Source: Candidatus Iainarchaeum sp. (GTDB lineage Archaea; Iainarchaeota; Iainarchaeia; Iainarchaeales; CSSED10-239). Taken from it: a stretch of DNA of 24,341 nt. The notes under the pieces were generated by a model. The model searched no databases. It was not told the DNA's origin and worked only from the letters and a program-made list of their open reading frames with translations. Both the position numbers and the translations under genes were made by a program. The stretch covers positions 1 through 24,341 of the forward strand of contig CALBUD010000022.1 in the NCBI GenBank assembly GCA_937968065.1, written 5' to 3'. Shown piece after piece: positions 17,863 to 24,341 of the stretch (position 1 is the first letter of the stretch; each line of letters starts with the position of its first letter).

Positions 17863-18126
17863 ATGAAATTAAGTCCTAAAAGAAAGCCTTATTTAAAAAA
17901 AGGAACTTTGCCAAAAATTTCAAAAGAAAAAAACATTTCCAAAGAAATTTTAAATAGAAACTACAAAGAACTAATTAAAAAAATTAATGAAAAAAATCCA
18001 CAGGGTTTATCAAAAGAACAAAAACATAAACTAAAAGAGATGTTTTTAAAAAATCCACACATTACAGCTTCTGAAGTTAACACTATGATGAGTTATCTTG
18101 CAAGTATAGGAAAAGGAAAAAATTAA
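17863..18126 (+). CDS. Hypothetical small lysine-rich basic protein (87 aa)
   Basis: The track ORF 17779..18126 overlaps the tRNA, so I take the internal ATG 17863. It is preceded by AAGGAGAT at 17851-17858, a strong SD. The segment LSKEQKHKLKEMFLKNPHITASEVNTMM is vaguely HTH-like, which is not enough to assign a function. Confidence 0.45.
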   Translation: MKLSPKRKPYLKKGTLPKISKEKNISKEILNRNYKELIKKINEKNPQGLSKEQKHKLKEMFLKNPHITASEVNTMMSYLASIGKGKN

Positions 18127-18130
18127 TTTT

Positions 18131-20275
18131 TTAAATAGATAGTAAGTTTTTTAAAAGTTCTTTTTCTTTTCTATAAATAGTATCTTTAAACTCAATCTGA
18201 TTTTTATTTATCATTATTCCATTAATGTTAATTTCAATTAATTGTTTAACATCATTAATATTATTTTTTTCTGTAATATCAGAAAGTCTTAATATTTTAT
18301 TATCTTTACAAATTTTTATAATTTCTTTAAGTTTTATATAATCTATTTCTTCTAAACTAAAAACAATAAAAGAGGATCCTCTTGAAAGATATTCAATAAT
18401 TAGATTTTCTTTTAAAGAATCTACTATAACTCCAATTTTTGAATCTGTAATTTCTTTAATAGGTGTTATCTCATCTGCAGACTTAATATTTTCTAAAAGA
18501 ATATTTATTTTAGAACCAATTTCCAAAATAGCTTCAATTTCATAACTTGAAACATTTTCTGTCATTAAGTTTCTTGTATGTGTGTTTATTCTATAGTAGA
18601 TTTCTTTTTCTTTTAAAACATTAATTATTGATAATAATTTTGATTTAATATTCGGAACTAAAAGTTTTAAATTTTCAAGCATAGTTCCTTTTTGATAGCT
18701 TGTAAAAAGAGAATCAATAGTTAAAATTACTCCATCAATATCTGAAAGATTTATTTTTCTTAATTCTTCAAAATTTTCAAGTTTAATAATTGTTTTTGTA
18801 ATTGTTTTTGGATATTCTGGTTCTTTTTTTTCAACATCAATTAAAACTTCATTTTCTCTTTTTGTTTCTGTAACTATTTTTTTTGGAGGAGTAACGTATC
18901 CTACCACACTATATATTTTTCCATTAAATCCATTTACTAAAACAGCTTCTCCATCTTTTAATTGTGCTGTTGAATATTGTGTGTGTACAACACAAGGAAT
19001 ATCATATTTTTTAGAGATTAATGCTGCATGACAAATTGTCCCTCCTGCATCAGTAATTATTCCTTTAGATTTTCTTAAGTAAGGTGTCATTTCAAGAGTT
19101 GTCATTTTAGTTACAAGAATTGAATTTTCATCAATTTCTTTTAAATCTTTATTACTCTTAACTATTTTTACATTTCCTATAGAAATTCCTGAAGATACTC
19201 CAATTCCTTCTAATATCATTTTTTTTTTAAAAGTATCCATTTTTTCTTGATAAGTTGTAATATCTATTTTTTTCTTTTTTTTAATTTTTTTAAGATCTGG
19301 ATTAATTGGATTTGCACTAATAATAAATAATTCCTCATTTGAATCAATTACCCAATTAAGTTCAAGAGCAGTTCCATAAATTAATTCTAATTTTTTTGAA
19401 ACATCTAATAGTTCATTTATTTCTCTTTGTTCTAATTTATATTTTTCAAGATCTTTTTCTTCAATTTCTGCTTTTGTGGTTTTTCCAAGAATTCTTTTAA
19501 GCATCCATTCTTGTTTTGATTTTGTTTTTCTGATAGTTTCTCCTGTTTTTTTATTTATTTCATAATGATCTGGAGTAATTTCATTAATTATACTTTTTCC
19601 TCCAAAACCGTAGATGGCCTCTATTATTAAAGTATCTTTATTATTTTCTTTTGAAGTTAATAAAATACCTGATTTTTTACCAGGTATCATTTTTTGAACA
19701 ATAATTGACAAATGTATTTTTTCTTCTTCAAAACCTTTTTTAAATTTATATTCTAGAATTTCTGGACTATATAGCTCACTCCAACATTCTTTTACACAGT
19801 TAATTACATTATCTCTTCCTTTAATGTTTAAAAAACCAATTTGTGTTTCAATAAAATCTAATTCTTTTAAAGGATATTCTTCACTTGAAAGAGAGGCTCT
19901 TATAGACACAAACTCATCTACTTTACTATTAATAAATCCAACCTTTGATTCTCCTACTTTAATATACATTTTTAAAACATCAGAAATAAAATCTTCATCT
20001 AATTTTGTTTTTAAAAAAAGTTCTTTTATTTTTTTTGATTTTTCTTCAATATCTGTTTTTGTAGTATAATCTATTGTTTTTAATATTTCAGTTATTTTTT
20101 CTTTTAAATTTCCTTTTTGAAGAAAACTAAAAAAATTCTTGTTGTTTATTACAAAGCCTCTTGGTATGGATATGTTTGATTTTGCAAGTTCTGATAATAC
20201 GTGGGCTTTATAACCTACTTCTAAGATGTCTTGATCTGATATTTCTTTAAGCCACTTAACATTTGTTTCAAACAT
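18131..20275 (-). CDS. Phosphoenolpyruvate synthase / pyruvate,phosphate dikinase-family protein, divergent
   Basis: The N-terminal PPDK_N-type ATP-grasp is recognisable but divergent: VGYKAHVLSEL...IPRGFVI, VSIRASLSSEEYP, FLNIKG and IVQKMIPGKKSGILLT. The central swivelling phospho-His domain is clear: ILVTKMTTLEMTPYLRKSKGIITDAGGTICHAALISKKYDIPCVV. The C-terminal ~245 aa is only weakly similar to the PEP/pyruvate TIM-barrel domain. Confidence 0.75.
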   Translation of the reverse strand: MFETNVKWLKEISDQDILEVGYKAHVLSELAKSNISIPRGFVINNKNFFSFLQKGNLKEKITEILKTIDYTTKTDIEEKSKKIKELFLKTKLDEDFISDVLKMYIKVGESKVGFINSKVDEFVSIRASLSSEEYPLKELDFIETQIGFLNIKGRDNVINCVKECWSELYSPEILEYKFKKGFEEEKIHLSIIVQKMIPGKKSGILLTSKENNKDTLIIEAIYGFGGKSIINEITPDHYEINKKTGETIRKTKSKQEWMLKRILGKTTKAEIEEKDLEKYKLEQREINELLDVSKKLELIYGTALELNWVIDSNEELFIISANPINPDLKKIKKKKKIDITTYQEKMDTFKKKMILEGIGVSSGISIGNVKIVKSNKDLKEIDENSILVTKMTTLEMTPYLRKSKGIITDAGGTICHAALISKKYDIPCVVHTQYSTAQLKDGEAVLVNGFNGKIYSVVGYVTPPKKIVTETKRENEVLIDVEKKEPEYPKTITKTIIKLENFEELRKINLSDIDGVILTIDSLFTSYQKGTMLENLKLLVPNIKSKLLSIINVLKEKEIYYRINTHTRNLMTENVSSYEIEAILEIGSKINILLENIKSADEITPIKEITDSKIGVIVDSLKENLIIEYLSRGSSFIVFSLEEIDYIKLKEIIKICKDNKILRLSDITEKNNINDVKQLIEININGIMINKNQIEFKDTIYRKEKELLKNLLSI

Positions 20276-20392
20276 ATAATATCATTTTTAATTATAATTA
20301 AATAGTCTATTTTTATAGTAGATAGAAACCTATTTATTTGTTTTTCTTATTTTTTTTAAATTGTGTATTTTTTTTCTCGGCCATGAGGGGTT

Positions 20393-20408
20393 GCGAAAGT
20401 TATAAATT
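20393..20408 (+). promoter_or_regulatory. Candidate BRE/TATA promoter for radA
   Basis: In gcgaaagttataaatt, CGAAAG is BRE-like and TTATAAAT is TATA-like. The element lies about 55-65 nt upstream of the radA ATG, which would give a ~30-nt leader containing the GTGA SD. TATA-like strings are frequent in this DNA, so confidence is low. Confidence 0.3.
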
Positions 20409-20460
20409 CTTTATAATCTATATATTATTGAAAACAAATTTTTTAAATGTGTGAATAAAT

Positions 20461-21519
20461 ATGAAGAAAGAAAAAGAAATAAATAAAGAAAATATTGAAA
20501 ATGAAGAATCTTTTGAAGAAAATTTATTAGATTCTCAAGAAGTTTCAGAAAATATAGAAATTGATCCTATAAAAGAAAAAATAAAACCAAAAGATATCAC
20601 AGATCTTCCAGGCATAGGTCCAACTTCTGCAGAAAAATTAAAAGCAGCTGGTTTTGATTCTTATGAATCTATTGCTGTTGCCTCTCCAATGGAATTGGTT
20701 GCAATTGCAAGTTTAGGAGAAGGAACTGCTATTAAGTGTATTAAAGCTGCAAGAGATTCTTTAGAAATGGGTTTTGAAAGTGCAGATAAACTTCTAGAAA
20801 AAAGAAAATTAATTGATAAAATATCAATTGGTTCTAAAAATATTGATGATTTGCTTGCAGGTGGTATTGAAAGTCAATCAATAACAGAAGTTTATGGAAT
20901 GTTTGCTTCTGGAAAAAGTCAATGGTGTTTTCAATTGTGTGTGATGGCTCAACTTTCAAAAGAAAAAGGTGGCCTTTTAGGTTCTGTTCTTTATATTGAT
21001 ACTGAAAACTCTTTCAGACCAGAAAGAGTTTCTCAAATAGCAAAATCAAAAGGACTTGATCCTGATGAAGTTATGAAAAATATTTTTGTTGCAAGAGCTT
21101 ATAATAGTGATCATCAAATGCTTCTTGCAGAAAAAGCAGTTGATTTAATTAAAGAAAAAAACATTAAACTTTTAATTGTTGATTCTTTAACAAGTCAGTT
21201 TAGATCTGAGTTTACTGGAAGAGGTCAACTTTCAGATAGACAACAAAAATTAAATAAACACATGAGACTTTTACAAAAAGTTGCAGAACTTTATAATGTT
21301 GCTGTCTTTGTTACAAACCAAGTAATGTCAAGACCAGATATATTATTTGGAGATCCTACAGATGCAATCGGAGGAAATGTTGTAAAACACGCTTCAAAAA
21401 CAAGAATTTATTTAAGAAAGAGTTCAGGAACAAAAAGAATTGCAAAATTAGTTGATTCTCCTTCACTTCCAGATGGAGAAACTGCATATAATATCACAGA
21501 AAATGGAATCGAAGATTAA
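20461..21519 (+). CDS. radA: DNA repair and recombination protein RadA (Rad51/RecA family)
   Basis: HhH N-domain [18 protein letters not shown], Walker [10 protein letters not shown] (canonical GEFGSGKTQ), Walker [11 protein letters not shown], and VAVFVTNQV....[17 protein letters not shown]. An acidic extension of about 45 aa precedes the HhH domain. Confidence 0.95.
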   Translation: MKKEKEINKENIENEESFEENLLDSQEVSENIEIDPIKEKIKPKDITDLPGIGPTSAEKLKAAGFDSYESIAVASPMELVAIASLGEGTAIKCIKAARDSLEMGFESADKLLEKRKLIDKISIGSKNIDDLLAGGIESQSITEVYGMFASGKSQWCFQLCVMAQLSKEKGGLLGSVLYIDTENSFRPERVSQIAKSKGLDPDEVMKNIFVARAYNSDHQMLLAEKAVDLIKEKNIKLLIVDSLTSQFRSEFTGRGQLSDRQQKLNKHMRLLQKVAELYNVAVFVTNQVMSRPDILFGDPTDAIGGNVVKHASKTRIYLRKSSGTKRIAKLVDSPSLPDGETAYNITENGIED

Positions 21520-21555
21520 TATCTTCTTTTTCTCCTTTTTTTAAAAATAAAATAT

Positions 21556-21585
21556 AAAAAGGTTTTTTGTTAAATAAACCTTTTT
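21556..21585. terminator. 10-bp inverted repeat flanked by A/T runs between convergent radA and the small membrane ORF
   Basis: aaaaaggttt (21556-21565) is the exact reverse complement of aaaccttttt (21576-21585), with a 10-nt loop. Read on either strand, the hairpin is followed by a T run. Confidence 0.4.
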
Positions 21586-21595
21586 TTATAAACTT

Positions 21596-21772
21596 TTATT
21601 TTGTCTTATATACAAAATAGTAAATAATTGCTGTAATTATGCTAAATAGTATTGCACAAATAATCTAAATAATTTTTGATCCTGTTGATAGTTTTTGGTT
21701 ATTTGTTAAAATATCATAGATGACCCAAATCATTGCAATTAATCCTACTATATATAAAATCATCATTAACAT
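21596..21772 (-). pseudogene. Small two-TM membrane protein gene (PLDc_N-like) interrupted by an in-frame TAG
   Basis: My hand translation of the minus strand gives MLMMILYIVGLIAMIWVIYDILTNNQKLSTGSKII*IICAILFSIITAIIYYFVYKTK*. The TAG is at 21665-21667 and the TAA at 21596-21598. A purine-rich SD-like AGGGGGTTGA lies 6 nt upstream of the ATG, within 21779-21788. Both halves are too short for the ORF track. The joined product resembles small proteins of the W..D ... K..W......G...Y type. Confidence 0.5.
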
Positions 21773-21907
21773 TTTTTCAACCCCCTTTTAAAAATTTATA
21801 ACTAAATATTTTATTGTTTGTTTAAAATAAATATATATGTTTTTTAGTTATGTTTTTAAAGTCTTTTATATATTACTATATATGAAACAAAATTCATGTG
21901 TGTTATT

Positions 21908-22675
21908 ATGAAAAAAGAACTTCTATCTATAAGAAATCTATCTATAAATATTTCAGATAAAAAAATAATTTCTAAATTTAATTTAAATATAAACAATCAA
22001 GAGATTCATGCAATTATGGGTCCTAATGGTTCTGGAAAATCAACTCTTGCCTATTCTATAATGGGGCACCCAAAATATAAAATAACTTCTGGAAAAATAT
22101 TTTATAAAGAAAAAAATATTTCTTCTTTAAGTGTTGAAAAAAGAGCAAAACAAGGTATTTTCTTATCTTTTCAAAATCCTTTAGAAATTCAAGGACTAAA
22201 TTATTTTTCTTTTTTAAAAAGTAGTTATAATAGTGTTTTTGATAGTAAAACATCTTCTTTAAAATTTAATGAGTTTGTTAAAGAAAAAATGATTTATTTA
22301 AAAATGCCAAATAATTTTTTATCAAGAGATTTAAATGTTGGTTTTTCAGGAGGAGAAAAAAAAAGAGCAGAAATATTACAATTAAATCTTATAAGTCCAA
22401 CTCTTGCTATATTAGATGAAACAGATTCTGGACTTGATATAGATTCTTTAAAACTTGTATGTAAATCAATAAATCTTTTAAAAAAAGAAAAAAAAGAATT
22501 TTCTGCAATTATTATAACTCACTATAAAAAAATATTAGATTATCTAAATCCTGATTTTGTGCATGTCATGTATGATGGAAAAATAATAAAAAGTGGAGAT
22601 AAATCTTTTGCAAACTATATTGAAAAAAATGGTTTTTCTAAGATAATTGAAGAATATAAAAAAGAAAAAATATGA
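21908..22675 (+). CDS. sufC: Fe-S cluster assembly ATPase SufC
   Basis: Walker A GPNGSGKST, ABC signature FSGGEKKR, Walker B LAILDETDSGLD and the H-loop ITHY. The stop overlaps the sufB start (ATGA at 22672-22675). The start could be ATG 21896 as in the track; I prefer 21908 (MKKELLSI...). Confidence 0.92.
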   Translation: MKKELLSIRNLSINISDKKIISKFNLNINNQEIHAIMGPNGSGKSTLAYSIMGHPKYKITSGKIFYKEKNISSLSVEKRAKQGIFLSFQNPLEIQGLNYFSFLKSSYNSVFDSKTSSLKFNEFVKEKMIYLKMPNNFLSRDLNVGFSGGEKKRAEILQLNLISPTLAILDETDSGLDIDSLKLVCKSINLLKKEKKEFSAIIITHYKKILDYLNPDFVHVMYDGKIIKSGDKSFANYIEKNGFSKIIEEYKKEKI

Positions 22676-24117
22676 ATAGAAACAAAATAACTGGCACTAT
22701 AAATAAAAAATCAAATAAAAAAGAAAGAGATGCCACAAAAATAGAAAAATATAATTTTTCATATTCTACAAAAAATTATAAAATAAAGTTTGATAAAGGT
22801 CTTTCAAAAGAAATTATAAAAAAAATATCTAAAATTAAAAAAGAACCAAAATGGATGCTAGATTTTAGACTTAGAAGTTATGAAGCTTTTAAAAAAAGAA
22901 AATTACCTGAATGGGGTATACATTCTTTAAAAGAAATTGATTTTAATAATATAACTTATTTTGCATCATTTGGAACTGATGAAAAAAAAAGTTGGAAAGA
23001 CGTTCCAAAATCTGTTAAAAAAACATTTGATAGAATAGGTGTTCCAAAAGCTGAAAGAGATTTCCTTGCAGGTGTTGGTGCTCAATATGATTCAGAAGTA
23101 ATTTATCATAAAACAAGAAAAGAATTTGAAGAAAAAGGTGTTGTTTTTTTATCAATGGATGAAGGATTAAAAAAATATCCTCATTTAGTAAAAAAATATT
23201 TTGGATCAATAATACCAATAGATGATAATAAATTTTCAAGTCTTAATTCTGCAGTGTGGTCAGGAGGTTCTTTTGTTTATGTTCCAGAAGGTGTAAAAGT
23301 AGATACTCCTCTTCAAGCTTATTTTAGAATTAATTCAGCAAATATGGGACAGTTTGAAAGAACATTAATAATTGCAGATAAAAACAGTAAAATCCACTAT
23401 ATCGAAGGATGTACAGCTCCAAAGTTTTCAACTCAATCTTTACATGCAGCTGTTGTTGAAGTTGTTGCTTTAGAAGGTGCTAGTGTAAGATATACTACAA
23501 TACAAAATTGGGCCAATAACATATATAACTTAGTAACTAAAAGAGCTTTTGCTTACAAAAATGCAACGGTTGAATGGATTGATGGAAACTTAGGTTCAAA
23601 ACTAACTATGAAGTATCCTGCAATTTATCTTAAAGGTGAAAATGCAAGAGGAGAAGTTTTATCTATTGCTATTGCGTCTAAAGATCAAAAACAAGATGCA
23701 GGTGCAAAAATAGTTCATGAAGCAAATAACACAACAGGAATAATAGTTTCAAAATCAATATCAAAAGATGGTGGGGAAACTGCTTATAGAGGACTTGTTA
23801 AAATAAACAAAGGGTTAAAAAATATAAAATCAAATGTAAGATGTGATGCTATATTAGTTGATTCAAAAAGTAAAACTGATACCTATCCTGTTATTGTTGT
23901 AAATGAACCAACTGCTGAAGTATCACATGAAGCGACAGTCGGAAGAATTGGTGAAGAACAATTATTTTATTTGATGTCAAGAGGACTTGAAGAATCAAAA
24001 GCAATTACTTTAATCATTTTAGGATTTATTAGTGAATTTTCAAAGCAAATACCTTTAGAATATGCGGTTGAACTTAATCGTTTAATAGAAATGGAATTTG
24101 AAAATTCTGTAGGTTAA
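22672..24117 (+). CDS. sufB: Fe-S cluster assembly protein SufB
   Basis: 481 aa. SAVWSGGSFVYVPEGV, HYIEGCTAP, ...YTTIQNW...YNLVTKRA, GNLGSKLTMKYP, HEATVGRIGEEQLFYLMSRGL and a C-terminal GF..EF match the SufB beta-helix core. It is translationally coupled to sufC. Confidence 0.95.
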   Translation: MNRNKITGTINKKSNKKERDATKIEKYNFSYSTKNYKIKFDKGLSKEIIKKISKIKKEPKWMLDFRLRSYEAFKKRKLPEWGIHSLKEIDFNNITYFASFGTDEKKSWKDVPKSVKKTFDRIGVPKAERDFLAGVGAQYDSEVIYHKTRKEFEEKGVVFLSMDEGLKKYPHLVKKYFGSIIPIDDNKFSSLNSAVWSGGSFVYVPEGVKVDTPLQAYFRINSANMGQFERTLIIADKNSKIHYIEGCTAPKFSTQSLHAAVVEVVALEGASVRYTTIQNWANNIYNLVTKRAFAYKNATVEWIDGNLGSKLTMKYPAIYLKGENARGEVLSIAIASKDQKQDAGAKIVHEANNTTGIIVSKSISKDGGETAYRGLVKINKGLKNIKSNVRCDAILVDSKSKTDTYPVIVVNEPTAEVSHEATVGRIGEEQLFYLMSRGLEESKAITLIILGFISEFSKQIPLEYAVELNRLIEMEFENSVG

Positions 24118-24131
24118 TTGGTGTTTTTCTT

Positions 24132-24341
24132 ATGTTTTCTAAAGTTTTTTTAAACAATCTTAATCTTAAAACAGTTAACTTAATTAAAAAAAAGTTAAAA
24201 GAATTAAATTATAATTCTGAAAAATTATCTTTCTATATATTTAATACTTTTTCAGAAAATTTTTCAATAAATAATCTTTCAAAAATAAAAAATAATTCTT
24301 GTATTATTTTTTTAAATATTTCAAATAAATCTTTTTTTGAA
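24132..24341 (+). CDS. Probable SufD-like protein, N-terminal fragment (runs off the window)
   Basis: A 70-codon frame stays open to the window edge and starts at ATG 24132, with GGTG 8 nt upstream at 24120-24123. It is called SufD-like only because of its position after sufC-sufB. The visible N-terminus has no diagnostic motif. Confidence 0.4.
   Translation, partial: MFSKVFLNNLNLKTVNLIKKKLKELNYNSEKLSFYIFNTFSENFSINNLSKIKNNSCIIFLNISNKSFFE

Noticed and set aside
21665-21667. The possibility that TAG is reassigned or read as a sense codon (genetic-code change, pyrrolysine-type recoding).
   Set aside because: TAG clearly terminates at least two well-defined genes in this window, at lengths consistent with their families: porD at 7003-7005 and the ArsR gene at 15640-15642. 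No other gene shows internal TAGs. A point mutation or sequencing error (TGG to TAG) is the simpler explanation.
21760-21767. An AATGATGA string on the minus strand, which could be a C box of an archaeal C/D-box sRNA in the radA-sufC spacer.
   Set aside because: No CTGA D or D' box follows anywhere in the next ~170 nt of that strand. The string also forms the Met-Met codons at the start of a plausible membrane-protein ORF.
2112-23239. Eleven short ORFs in the track that lie antisense inside larger genes: 2112-2366, 4146-4331, 4737-4943, 6076-6309, 8072-8359, 10168-10419, 10568-10765, 14882-15097, 19824-20069, 22056-22253 and 23015-23239.
   Set aside because: Each is embedded in, or mostly overlaps, a confidently identified gene on the opposite strand. 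They have low-complexity or hydrophobic translations typical of antisense frames in AT-rich DNA, and they lack SD-like elements and motifs.
1-24341. A search by eye for CRISPR arrays, tandem or interspersed repeats, IS or transposon ends, integrases and toxin-antitoxin or defence genes.
   Set aside because: I found no regularly spaced direct repeats, no terminal inverted repeats flanking genes and no recombinase-like ORFs. The only recurring strings are A/T homopolymers and the short SD-start context, as expected from base composition. A computational repeat scan would be needed to be definitive.

Overview
This is a very AT-rich, gene-dense chromosomal segment; composition was judged by eye, not computed. 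It is clearly archaeal: it encodes topoisomerase VI A and B, RadA, Mre11, a four-subunit 2-oxoacid:ferredoxin oxidoreductase, and IscSU-type plus SufCB(D)-type Fe-S machinery. The small proteins rich in K, I and N, together with the compact layout, suggest a reduced-genome (DPANN-like) archaeon, but that is inference. I call 25 protein-coding genes (one truncated by the window end), one tRNA-Cys(GCA), one small membrane-protein gene interrupted by an in-frame TAG, two inverted-repeat terminator candidates and one tentative promoter. I found no rRNA, CRISPR array, transposase, integrase or recognisable defence genes, so this reads as core housekeeping DNA rather than an accessory island. The least ordinary part is a tightly packed minus-strand string at 12291-16462, optionally headed by mre11 up to 17679. 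It joins ArsR-IscS-IscU to four cysteine-motif proteins: an intramembrane CPGC protein, a DUF1858-like CxxC protein, an exported CPYC glutaredoxin-fold protein and a DsbD/CcdA-like membrane protein. This could be a cytoplasm-to-surface thiol or persulfide relay. Other points worth a second look are a PEP-synthase-like protein with a short, degenerate C-terminal domain, an HD-hydrolase gene inside the POR operon, and a POR / membrane pyrophosphatase / AMP-forming ACS neighbourhood. All functional calls rest on motifs recognised by eye in the supplied translations. No database or HMM search was run.
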